A DNA stretch of 52,986 nt from Welwitschia mirabilis (taxonomy: Eukaryota): positions 18,608,951-18,661,936 of the forward strand of contig JBOZIK010000001.1 in NCBI GenBank assembly GCA_051453625.1, written 5' to 3'. The notes beneath the pieces are model-generated. The model had not been told where the DNA came from. It ran no database searches and saw nothing but the letters and a program-made list of their open reading frames with translations. Numbering within the stretch: the first letter of the stretch is position 1; every line of letters starts with the position of its first letter. Positions 23,741 to 35,659 of the stretch are shown piece after piece. The translations under genes were made by a program, and so were the position numbers.

Positions 23741-25199
23741 GTAAACTGGTATGGTATACATTAATTGCAAACTTCAACCAACAATATAACAATATTTCTC
23801 AACCACTTGTCAACGATATTTCTCGATCCCTCTTCAAGTTCCACTGAAGCTTAAATGTCTGTCATGCATTCAAACTGGTCCATAACCACCTTCCTTCTAA
23901 AGTGAAGCTATGACCTCCTTCACAACCACTTACATCAAATTACAGATTTGATTTTTTTCCATCCTAGTTACCTTTCCCAAACTATCCTCTTCTTTGACAT
24001 GAAGTCCATCTAATTCGAAATCATATCAAATCTTTAATTAAATTCTATTCTATTACACTATCCAAATGAGATTTAGCTTATATTACATCTTATAGAAATC
24101 ATTTGTATTCTTAATAACTTGAATGTTAATGTTGTATTTTGCATTAACAAGATTGGAAGAACTTGATAACCTTCTTTCATTACTTTGCAACTTGCCCGAA
24201 ATATGCCTGCAGAGATTGCATATTGTCCTTTAGATTTGTTATAAATAGGGATAACGATTATCCATATCTTAATTGATTGGTCTTATTGATTAATAAAAAA
24301 TACTAGCTTCTTTGGATGCCCACAAACATCCAAGAAGTCCATCACAGGACCAAATCAACCTATAAGCTTCTCTGCAAAAGCATGAATTAGGGGCACATGC
24401 TGCTTCTGTGCAAGATGAGCATGGGCAACTCTGAGATTTTCTTTTATGCGAGCCCTTTGCTTACCACTTAATGGTTATTTCTTTTCCACTGAAATTGCAC
24501 CCAAATTATTTGGTAACTACAACAATGCAAATAAGTGCAAATGATACTATAGAGTAAACCATCAAAGGCAACCACAGTCTCATCCTTATTCTTTCACTTG
24601 CTGTTTGAAATCTATAACAAGAGAAAGAATAGGTATCTCTATACCTGCATGTGTTATGTTAATAATGCTTTTAAAACTGAAATTTACTTTAAATTGATCT
24701 GTAAAATATTATACTAATACTAAATAGCTCAAAATATATAAAATATTATAGCAACTAACGCAAAAATTAAGCTTTCCCATGAATGTGAAACATTCTCATC
24801 TATTGTAATTTTAAATTAGAAAATTTTGACAAATGAAACAAAGATATAGGCCCTCCTCTTTTATTTGGGCTTGGGACAACATCATATAATTATACATCCT
24901 AATGGCAGAGTTACCTACATTAATACTTAATATTAGAGATCTATATGGTAATATGTTGTGAGAAAAAAATATTTGTCTAAATTATTTAAAAATTTATACC
25001 TTACCTTCTCAGAAGTTATAGGCTATAGACTGTAGTTGCTAATAGAAAGTAAATAGGCTCAAGATATATTAAGTATTATAGCAAAATAACAAACAACCAT
25101 ATTGTTAACATTACATTTAGGAAATAAAAATGAAATATCCAAAATGTTTTCTAATATAGACAAAACAAAATTAGCAAACACATAAATGGTAAGCTTCAT

Positions 25200-26095
25200 T
25201 CAATAATAGGCACATCAGATTCATCCAAATGAATACTGATACTTTTACTAGATAACTTAAATTGTCTTCTTCTCTATTTTGGAATAATAAAACTCTTTAA
25301 GTATTCTTTTAAATAGATCTGTCTATCTACTGTAGAAAATGTAAGGGAAGAAAGCATTTTATCAACTGTCTTTTCAATGCAAATCATAGCATCAACATCT
25401 TGTGGAAACANNNNNNNNNNNNNNNNNNNNNNNNNNNNNNNNNNNNNNNNNNNNNNNNNNNNNNNNNNNNNNNNNNNNNNNNNNNNNNNNNNNNNNNNNN
25501 NNNNNNNNNNAGCTTCCAAGATCACAAGTTGAGATGGATCAATCACTAGTTTATAGGTAATTGAAAAATTTGTGTCTACTTTCATATCATCTATGCTTAG
25601 TTCATTCCTATAAAATATGTGTTTTCTTGCAAATTCCAAGCCTCTTGTTAGAATCATTATTTTGATTATGTGCTTGCATAAATGACCTGTTTTGAACCAT
25701 TGACATTCACACTCAATTGCATACGAGTATGCCTTTGTTACATGGTACATTACCTCACATGTATTCGGGTTCTGACTTCGAACATAATAGCCATCCTCAC
25801 ACATTATCAAGCAAGCAATCTTCATTAGTAATGGCAATAGCCCTATCCCACGAAGCTTTGTTATCTTGTTGTAATCAATGATTCACAGTAAATCCAGCAT
25901 CCTTATGTCTTGCTTTATTCCAAAAATGTATTTGTATTTGAGAGAGATATTTAATCAACCAGTCAACTCTCTTAGATGAAGCACGCTTTTTGTCACTGAG
26001 AAACTTGTACTATAGTAAACCATGATAAAATTCAATTTCATTATTTGTATGTTGTTGTGCATATGAAACATCATTATATACCTTTGCCCACACAC
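25200..26095 (-). pseudogene. SWIM/MULE-like fragment, copy in the second unit
   Basis: CEDGYYVRSQ...IECECQWFKTGHLCKHIIK. Confidence 0.78.
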
Positions 26096-26204
26096 CTGAA
26101 AGTACAAATAATTATAGAAATAAAAAGCTATATAAATTTGTTACTTTGGTTAATAATTATTTTTATATGCAAAATAAAATTCAAAATACTCAACTTGCTT
26201 CTTT

Positions 26205-27176
26205 TTACCCTTCATAATCCTTCTAAAAGAAAGATAACACCCTTTTCATGTGCAATATTTCTTTTTAATACTTGGAGGAAAAGTAGTACTATTTTTATCA
26301 AGTGTACCATTCTTTCATATGAATACTAATGAGTTATAATTATGCTTGATATTAGAGTTAACAAGTAACAAATAAGATGACTTAAATACCTTATTATTAG
26401 TATTTGATTTTGATTCTACTACTTCTTTTGTTTTGAAAGTAATTAATTTGTTCACATCTTTCTCAATTATAAAAGTTTCTATCTGAGAAACGTGAGTAAT
26501 AGGAATAGAAAGCATGGAACCTTCATTTTTGTAGTGAATAAATAACTTTAGTTGTCGTTGAGAGCATCTTATTATTATCATGTACCAAAGTCTTTAATGG
26601 TTTTGTAAACTTCAATTTATCTTTAAGATTAACATATTTGTTAAATGAAATAAGATAAAATTCTTTCTTTAGTCAATTTATGATTAATTTTTTGCATTAG
26701 TTTTAATAAGTTTCTTGATTCATCTGAAAATGAATTTCTTGTGTCAATAGTAGTATTTAACATGTGAGCAGAAATCGAAAGCTCTTAACATATTAGTATA
26801 GTTAAATCCCTTATTAGGTTGATCATAATCCTTTAGCATAATGACTAATGTTTCTAATGGGATGTTATTAATAGGCCAACAATTTTCATCATCATGTCAT
26901 GTATGATTGTTTTTAAAAAACTAATATCATTTTTTAAGGAACATTAGTTGGTTCATCTAAAGCAACTATTTAGATAATTTTCTATTAAGAATGGATGTCA
27001 TCCTTCCATATTCATTATTTGAAAAATAGCTAGATTTAACCTTGTAAAAATAGATAAGCGTATAACTATTACTTTTATCTTTAACTTCAGATGTCATAAT
27101 CTCAAATACATTATCTTTAAAAGTAATATCACAATCTTCATCTAATGTAAAATTCTGAGGCATTTTTATTTTTGTT
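26205..27176. repeat. Palindrome loop; direct homologue of 44173-45168
   Basis: Colinear match from TTAC.CTTCATA.TCCTTCTAAAAGAAA to GGCATTTTTATTTTTGTT, with one short deletion in this copy. Confidence 0.92.
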
Positions 27177-27304
27177 CTAGTTATTTGGCTATCCCATGAT
27201 AAACAAAGTAAGTTGAGTATTTGGATTTTGCATATAAAAATAATTATTAACCAAAGTAACTAATTTCTGTAGTTTCTTATTTCTATAATTATTTGTGCTT
27301 TCAG

Positions 27305-28230
27305 GTATGTGGGCAAAGGTATATTGTGATGTACCACATACACAACAACATATAAATAATGTAATTGAATCTTATCATGGTTTACTAAAGCATAAGTTTC
27401 TCAGGGACAAAAAGTGTGCTTCATATAAAAGAGTTGACTGGTTAACTTAGCGTCTCTCTCAAGCACAAATACATTTTTGGAATAAAGCAAGACTTAAGGA
27501 TGTTGGATTTATTATGAATCATCCATTACAACAAGATAACAAAGCTTCGTGGGATAAGGCTATTGCCATTACTAATGAAGATTGCTTGCTTGATAATATG
27601 TGTGAGGATGGCTATTATGTTCGAAGTCAGAACCGTAATACACGTGAAGTAATGTACAATGTAACAAAGGCATACTCGTATTCCATTGAGTGTGAATGTC
27701 AATGGTTCAAAATAGGTCATGTATGCAAGCACATAATTAAAATAATGATTCTATTAAGAGGCTTGGAGTTTGCAAGGAAACGCATATTTCAAAGGAGTGA
27801 ACTAAGCATAGATGACTTAAAAGTGGATAAAGATTTTTCAATTTCCCATGAACTAGTGGTCATCTTGGCCTGTGATCTTAGAAGTTGATGTGAAAGAACA
27901 AAAAATTGATATCAATTTTGGCCCTTAAGATTCTAGTCAAAACAAAAAAAAAAAATCGAAGACCTTCAAGTAATACAACATAACGTGTCGAAAAAAAAGT
28001 CCAAACTTCGATATATATTTCCCCAAGATGTTGATATCATGATCTGCATTAAAAAGACAGTTAATGAAATGCTTTCTTCCTTTACATTTTCTACAGTAGA
28101 TAGACAGGTCTATTCAAAAGAATGCTTAAGGAGTTTTATTATTCCTAAATAGAGAAGAAGACAATCTAAGTCATCTAGTAAAAGTATCAGTATTCATTTG
28201 GATGACTCTGATGTGCCTATTATTGAATGA
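27305..28230 (+). pseudogene. SWIM/MULE-like fragment, inverted copy
   Basis: Intron 27208-27304 (GTAAG..TTTCAG), then MWAKG... and IECECQWFKIGHVCKHIIK. Confidence 0.78.
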
Positions 28231-29704
28231 CGCTTGCTATTTTTGGGCTTGCTAATTTTGTTTTGTCTATATTAGAAAACATTTTGGATATCTCATCTTT
28301 TTTCCTTAAATGTAATGTTAACAAATATGGTTGTTTGTTATTTTACTCTAATATTTGATATATTTTGAGCCTATTTACTTTCTATTAGCAACTACAGTCT
28401 ACAACCTATAACTTCTAAGAAGGTAAGATATAAATTTTTAAATAATTTAGACAAATATTTTTTTTCTCATAACATATTACCATGTAGATCTCTAATATTA
28501 AGTATTAATGCAGGTAACTCTGCCATTAGGATGTATAATTACATGATGTTGAAATACATCCTAACGCTGGTCCCAAGCCCAAATAAAAGAAGAGGGTTTG
28601 CATCTTTGTTTTATTTGTTAAGCTTTTCTAATTTAAAATTACAATAGATGGGAATGCTTCAGATTCATGGGAAAGCTTAATTTTTACTTAAGTTGCTATA
28701 ATATTTTATATATTTTGAGCTATTTAGTATCAGTATAATCTTTTACAGATCAATTTAAAGTAAATTTCAGCTTCAAAGACATTATTAACATAACACATGC
28801 AGGTCTAGAGATACCTATCCTTTCTTTTGCTATGGATTATGAAACAGCAAATGGTAGAAAGAATAAGGAGGAGACTATGGTTACCTTTGATGGTTTACTC
28901 TATAATATGATTTGCATTTATTTGCATTGTTTGTAGTTATCGAATAATTTGGGCACAGTGGAAAAGAAACAACTATTAAGTGGTAAGCAAAAGGCTCGCA
29001 TTAAAGAAAATCTCAGAGTCGTCCATGCTCATCTTGCACAGAAGCAGCATGTGTCCCTTATTCATGCTTTTGTAGAAAAGCCCATAAGTTGATCTGGCTC
29101 TGTAATAGACTTCTTAGGTGTTTTTAGGCATCCAGAGAAGCTAGTATTTTTCATTAATCAATAAAACCAATTAACTGATATGGATAATCGTTATCCCTAT
29201 TTATAACAAACCTAAAGGACAATATGCAACCTCTACAGGCCTGTTTCAGCCAAGTTGCAAGGTGATGAAAGAAGGTTATCAAGTTGTTCCAATCTTGTTA
29301 ATGCAAAATACAACATTAACATTCAATTTATCAAGAATACAAACGACTTCTATAAGATGTGATATAAGCTAAATCTGATTTGGATAGTGGAATGGAATAA
29401 AATCTAATTAAAGATTTGATATGATTTCAAATTAGATGGACCTTATGTCAAAAAAGAGGACAGCTTGGGAAAGGTAACTAGAATGGAAAAAAGTCAAAGC
29501 TGCAATCTGATGTAAGTGGTTGTGAAGGAAGTCAAAGCTTCACTTTAAAAGGAAGGTGGTTATGGACCAGTTCAAATGCATGAAAGACATTTGAGCTCTA
29601 GTGGAACTTGGAGAGGGACCGAGAAATATTGTTGACAAGTAGTTGAGAAATATTGTCATATTGTTGATTAAAGTTTGCAATTAATCTATACTATACCAGT
29701 TCAC

Positions 29705-30357
29705 CTTGAGCAGCATGTAATGTTATGCAAATGCTCTCTCTCAAGCTAAATGCTTACCCTCAGATTCTAGACCTGTAATACGCCATGAACATAGTATTTT
29801 TAACAAAATATGGGTATGCACCACAAGATAAAAAGAGAAAATCGTGTGAAAATTGATATGCAACCTATGTAAAGGGTGAAAAACGAAAATTATTTCAACA
29901 TGGACTTGTGAGTATAACATAAACGTGATCCTTGAGAGACCCTCCTGGCATGTGTTCATAAACAAGCATGAAATCATTTTGCTATCTATTATTTTCCAAT
30001 AAGGAACTCAAATGTCTATGATTAGCCCGATACAAAAGTTTAAGCTGTCAAAATGAGGACATGGCATGTCAAGGAGTGAAATCATGTAATCTAAGAAACC
30101 CACAAATAAAAATCACAAGATATTATTTTTGTGTATAAAAAATGTACCTTATTTAAGAATTCTTCCTTTCCTTGGCTTTAGAAAGCTGAGAGTACTTTTA
30201 GCCAATATATGATAGTCATCTATTACGTTTCCCAGAAACACTGATCCAAAGCCTCCTTTTGCAATAGTTTTCGAGGAATTTTCAGCGGTCCTAGTTATCT
30301 CGTTGGTTGTGAAAGCCTTGGGTTTGGATCCGCTGGTCACTTTCATAATTGAGCAGT
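29705..30357 (-). pseudogene. RLK kinase fragment, copy 3 (inverted)
   Basis: KAFTTNEITRTAENSSKTIAKGGFGSVFLGNVIDD. Confidence 0.85.
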
Positions 30358-30744
30358 CTGCAAAGGGCTTTTCGGGATAAATGAATTGGAAGTCCAATGC
30401 TAATAGAAATTCACCTTTTTTTTTTTTTGGAGCTAGCTTATTTGATATTTGCCTTCTCTATTTATAGAATTCAGGGACACGCTAAGCTTTGATAAGGGAA
30501 AGCACAATTCCACGAAATTCTAATCAAATTCTCATCTAATTTTAAATACAATTCTACAGAATTCTAATCAGATTTTAATCACAATTCTACAAAACTCTAA
30601 TCAAATTTTAAACACAATTCTTTTTCTGTTTATTTTATTTGTGGGTTTTATGTTAATTTGTTACTTTATTTTTCTAACCATACGCCAAGAAAATCCATAA
30701 GGATGTCGCATAAATATGTCTCATTTTAGTGCACATTCATTAAG

Positions 30745-31986
30745 GTTTTGAAAACATAGGAAATAGAATTGTATACAGGAAATTGCAACATGTGATGTTA
30801 TGCCAAGAAGGAAGTGAAGAATCTAAAAATAAAGAAAAGGAACTTTTAAAAAGCTATTATGATTTGCAGCAATGGAAAGGAATGTATAAGTACCAAAGAG
30901 CAAACACAGATTGGATCTCAATGGGGGATGTTGAGACATGTCACAATTATGCTTTAGCGAAATGTTTCAAGAATAGAATAAAATGCATAACTATTTAAAA
31001 AGGGACAAGGTCATAAGCTCATGAATGAGTAAAGCAGGAAATTCGGCAATTTTATAAAAGTTTCCTGGTGAAGAAACAACACTTGAGGTGCAAACTATTT
31101 AGGAAGTGGTTGGTACACTCAGAAGAAGGTTGTGAGAGGACAGTATTGCTCTACTAAACAAAGCACCAACCCTTGAGGAAATTAAGCATACAATATTCAG
31201 TATCAAACATAATAAGAAGCAGGGGATGGACGGTTATCTGATTGATCTTTTCAAGTACTACTAGGATATTATTGGAAAGGATGTGATAGATGCAATCTTC
31301 CAATTTTGGAGAACAAACCACATAGGCAAAAATGTAAACACTATCTGGATAACTCTATTGCCCAAAATCAGCAAGTCAACATGTCCAAAGGATACTAAGC
31401 TGATCAGCCTCTGCATAACTAGGTACAAAATTCTCACGAGATTCATAGCAAATAGAATAGTTGTTATTTTATCAGATATAATAAACATAGAACAGACTGC
31501 ATTTCTAAAGGAAAGGCACATAGTTGATCAAGTGATTCTAATACATGAAATACTTCAATTCACCAGCAGGAACCATCAATATGACTTAAATTGGATATAA
31601 GCAAGGCATGAGATACAATAATTGTGGGCTGAACATTCATCAATGTAGTTCTAGAACATTTTGGCTCTCCTGACCACTAGCACAAGAACTTGGCAGCAGG
31701 ATACTAGGGTACTCATTTCTCAATTATGACTAGGTTAGGCCAGGTTGCCAACGCTAAAAAAAGAGGTTCAACAACTTTTCCAGCAGAAGTCATTCATGAC
31801 CACACGGAGCAATTCTGCAATTGCTGTACAAAGATGATCTGGTGCTTATGGAAAAATGTATAGAATTTTTTCTATCACTTTTGTTTTCATGGTATCACTC
31901 TTACAAAGTGGGCAGTCTTTGGACACTCTGTCAAGCAACTAATGACAACTTCATTAAGTAGAAACCAAGAAGTCCCACAAAAATAT
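30745..31986 (+). mobile_element. LINE RT relic, inverted copy of 16746-18020
   Basis: NTIWITLLPK...KLISLC...IINIEQTAFLKERHIVDQV. Confidence 0.85.
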
Positions 31987-32239
31987 GTTGTAATGAGCAT
32001 TGGATTTAAGTAATGTAAACTTTTATTTGAATTTTAAATATAAATGTAGAAATTCAAAACTTGTTCAGTTAGTTAAAATATGATGTTAATGTAAACTTTT
32101 AAATATTCTCTTTCTTAATTTGTAATGAGCATTGGATTTAGGTAATTGTTCTTTGGGTAAGATTTTTTAGCATTGTTCATGCCAGTTCTATAGGGCACTC
32201 ATGTTTTTGAAGTCTAGCCTCACAATTTAATTTTATAGT

Positions 32240-32420
32240 GCTATGGAAGAGCTGATAGAGGAAATGGAAAATTTTGGATCGCCACCTGATGCTCATACTT
32301 GCACACCACTAATAGCAACATATGGGAGGAGGAAAAATAAGAGTGACAAGGCTGCAATTTCGGATTGCAAAATGAGATCGCAAGGCTTTCATCCTACGAC
32401 TGATACTTTTACAGTATCTG
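32240..32420 (+). pseudogene. PPR fragment (about 2 motifs)
   Basis: MEELIEEMENFGSPPDAHTCTPLIATYGRRKNKSDKA...KMRSQGFHPTTDTFTV shows the P-class PPR pattern EM...G..PD..T...LI..Y twice. Confidence 0.8.
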
Positions 32421-33109
32421 GAGAACGCTCAACGTGCTTTATCTATGCTGCCTTTACATAGATAGAGCCACAAAAGAGGGAGAACGCTCAACGTGCTCTA
32501 AATACTAATGGAAATAACAGTACAATGCCTATTACTGGTGGATGAATCCCTCCCGTGGCACATTTTGAAAAGTATAATATGCAAGGCCACTCTTTATTTC
32601 AAGAACGAAACCAGAAAGTAATGCAAATAGTGTTTCCTAGTACTTTGGAAAAAGATGGTGTCCGATATCTAAGGCAACGCAATGAAAACTTACATTTGGA
32701 TTCTTTGATACCAAAGAATGTTCAAAATGATAACAGACATTCGCATCCACAAGGAGACCAAGAAGAAGAGGGCAGAAGACTGAATTTTCATTTCCCACGA
32801 GCAAGCTAATCTAGACCTTGTTACCGATCATGTTTTCTCGAATAATTTTAGCAGCAATGAACTTGTCAATTGTGCTGTGTGTATGGTTGACGACTGTTCC
32901 TAATAGGAGCAGTAGCCTTCGGATACATGAGGGAAGTGGAAAGGTGAATACAATTACTCAAATTCATTCCAAATAGTGGGCATAACGATGTTCTGCTGAG
33001 CTGTCAATGACTCAGTAACTCGACCCATGAAGATGGCTGCCAGCGTATATTTTCAGGTTTGAGCTCTTCATTCTGTCAGCGTATATTTTCAGGCTTAAGC
33101 GTTCTCCAT

Positions 33110-33230
33110 CTTAAGAGGGATGCATCTAGAGTTCGGTGCTTTATCTATGCTGCATTTTCTCAATGTTGGGCAAAACAGTTTTGATGGTGCCATTCCTTTC
33201 TCCATTACAAGCTGTCAAGTCTGAAGTTGC
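33110..33230 (+). pseudogene. LRR fragment, inverted copy
   Basis: EFGALSMLHFLNVGQNSFDGAIPFSIT. Confidence 0.78.
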
Positions 33231-33927
33231 AAAATGAAATAGTTGTGCGAAAATCCAATGCACAAACTGATGGCCATGGATGTCATGCTTATGAACATGT
33301 CATGGCACAAGCCCTGTCAGCCAATGACCAACATTAAGAAGGAGATGCCCTTTCAGCTTATGACTAGGATTAAGAAGGACTTGGCCCATCTCATTAATTA
33401 AGAAATAGGTCGCAAATAAGCCAAGTCTGCTATCCTGAAACAAATGGTTATCTTTTGGAACGAGTTATGCATATGTAACCAATTAGCAATGTGAATTGCA
33501 TGACATGTAATTGTATAAAAAGCATACGCCACACTGAGGTGGGGACACATAGGACAGCTAGTGCTTCTTGCTTGAGATAAGTCTTTGGAACATGGGAAAA
33601 TAAAAGGAATAATTGAGATCAGTCGTTGGAACATTGAAAGATAAAAGGAATAAAGCCTGAAATTTCAAAGAAGCAGCCTTACGAAATAAAAGCAGGTGAA
33701 CATCAGTACGTGCATAAAACATGAATGCCACTGTAAGTAAAAAGGCGTACTTTGAGAACATCCATGAGCTGCTTCCTTCGTTCAATGCATTGAGGTAATA
33801 AATTATCCTCTGGAAANNNNNNNNNNNNNNNNNNNNNNNNNNNNNNNNNNNNNNNNNNNNNNNNNNNNNNNNNNNNNNNNNNNNNNNNNNNNNNNNNNNN
33901 NNNNNNNNNNNNNNNNAAAAGGCGTAC

Positions 33928-34647
33928 TTTGAGAACATCCATGAGCTGCTTCCTTCGTTCAATGCATTGAGGTAATAAATTATCCTCTGGAAATAAGTTA
34001 TTCAATTCTTCCTCGAAACCCTTCCAATCTTTCGCGGCATTAGCAGGTGGCTCTCTTATGTGCTCTAAAACGACCTGAACATGCAAAAAGGTATTTTGAC
34101 CTACCAAAACGGAACAAAATTTACGATAAAAGTTCCACCTAACAAAGTAAAATGAATCTGAATTATGCTGGATGTTAACCTGGAACAAATTCCGAAAATA
34201 AGTATTGGATGTTCTATTTATTGCAGCGAGCCAATTCAAATTCTAAAGAAAACCTATTTTGAGGGCTATCTACAGGAACGGGATAAGTTATAGCAATGAA
34301 AAGGCTACCTCTATGGAAAGGCGTAAAACAAGTTCGGAAGCGTCATCTGAAACCGCATCCAAGGAATCAAGTAAATTTGATCTAATTATCTGGCTGCGAT
34401 TCTTTCTTGTACTACTGAAGGAGGAATCGTTGAACGAGCATTTTTTAAAAATAAGCTCTGAAAACGAAACAAAGCACTCAATCAAACTCAAAGAAGCAAT
34501 CAGTCCTCTAACTAGTTAAGCAAACTGCTGAAATTCTGAAGTACCTTTGAGCAAACAAGGACTCACATCCCTGTTGTTTAATAGCTTTTCTACGATCCAT
34601 GCCCAACATAAGTTCAAACCTTTCGCTCTTTCTACTTGCCGTAACAT
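33928..34647 (-). CDS. 5' part of an uncharacterised host gene (exons 34647-34545, 34457-34309, 34074-33928); the N-terminus resembles the helical domain at the start of plant TRF-like / PHD-associated proteins
   Basis: GT-AG introns with consistent phases (1, 0) give an open 133-aa frame: MLRQVERAKGLNLCWAWIVEKLLNNRDVSPCLLK/ELIFKK...ELVLRLSIE/VVLEHIREPP...QLMDVLK. The region is CpG-rich, unlike its surroundings. The family assignment is from memory only, and downstream exons are unresolved. Confidence 0.7.
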
Positions 34648-35000
34648 TGTAATGATCTTGCTCCGAGAGTTGTGGCGAGGCTTTATTTTACATGGAGTTG
34701 AAAAACTGAAAGTTTTCACATCTCTTTACCCTTTTAAACCGCGTCCTTCGCAGCAGAATTCCAGGGGCAAATAATTAGAAAATTTTAAGAGCGTTTTCTC
34801 TCTTTGGTTGGCTTACGAAAAGGCCCTTCTCCAGAGCGCTTCGTTTGAATGGCTCCGAAACGTTCTTCCGAATCTGCCAGGTCCCTTTCCTCCGCTGCAG
34901 AATCTTAACGCGATGATGCCACCAGAAGTTGCCGCATACCATGTGAGTCTCGTTCCAGGTCCACCTGAAACACATTTTAACCGTTGTTTTATTTAAATTA
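34648..35000 (-). promoter_or_regulatory. Probable promoter / 5' UTR (CpG-retaining island)
   Basis: Local rise in GC and CpG directly upstream of the ATG, followed by an AT-rich tract. Confidence 0.5.
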
Positions 35001-35659
35001 TTTCTTTATTTTTAAATAATNNNNNNNNNNNNNNNNNNNNNNNNNNNNNNNNNNNNNNNNNNNNNNNNNNNNNNNNNNNNNNNNNNNNNNNNNNNNNNNN
35101 NNNNNNNNNNNNNNNNNNNNTGAGTCTCGTTCCAGGTCCACCTGAAACACATTTTAACCGTTGTTTTATTTAAATTATTTCTTTATTTTTAAATAATTTT
35201 ATTTTTAAATAATGTGTTTCCGTTTTTGGATCAGAAATCTGAGTCACAAGAAGTGGTAAAAAAGATTGTTTTTATTTTATACGTGAGTTTAAGTTCTTTT
35301 ACCCTTTTACTGTAATAGTAGCCAAAGATGTGCATTTATAGCTACGTAAGGTTTGTTATCTAAATGTTTAGTATTCTAAGTTTATAATATATTCCACAAT
35401 AATATTCTTTTTAAAGCTAAAAGGTATCTTTGTTAAAATATTTAAAAAGTTATTAAAAATATTCTAATTGATTAAAAGCTATTTATAATTAAAATTAAAA
35501 TTTTTTAGGATGTCCATAAGACCCTCAAAATCTGTTGGACCAAAGAAATGTATTTACATGAGCCTGAAAGATTTCATCTATAGAATTGATGAGTCTTTTG
35601 GGTAAAACTTAAACTAATTAAACAAAATTACAAGCTTTAATGTTTTACTTACTTTATAT

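Larger units (their letters stand above)
22279..26202. repeat. Direct tandem copy of the 17582-22278 unit (LINE piece + kinase + SWIM)
   Basis: Begins GTGCTTTGTTTAGTAGAGC as at 17582. Colinear throughout, with private indels. Confidence 0.93.
14003..33428. repeat. Giant imperfect inverted repeat; left arm ~14003-26202, loop ~26203-27204, right arm ~27205-33428
   Basis: 14003-15378 is the reverse complement of ~32077-33428; 16746-17581 of 31167-31986; 17582-22278 and 22279-26202 each of 27205-31166. Roughly 85-92% identical by eye. Confidence 0.95.

Noticed and set aside
26205-27176. Endogenous pararetrovirus origin for the loop
   Set aside because: No caulimovirid movement-protein, coat or RT motifs recognised; its homologue sits inside a gypsy element.
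13990-33445. Whole palindrome as one foldback/Mutator element
   Set aside because: No target-site duplication at the outer ends (…ATAATTATGG vs TGCTATCCTG…), so a discrete transposition event is unsupported.
5750-35200. Exact 77-bp direct repeats flanking 100-N gaps (e.g. 11137-11213/11314, 12117-12193/12294, 33740-33816/33917, 34944-35020/35121; also near 5.8, 9.1, 10.4 and 13.6 kb)
   Set aside because: Constant length and perfect identity at gap edges indicate unmerged contig overlaps, an assembly artefact.
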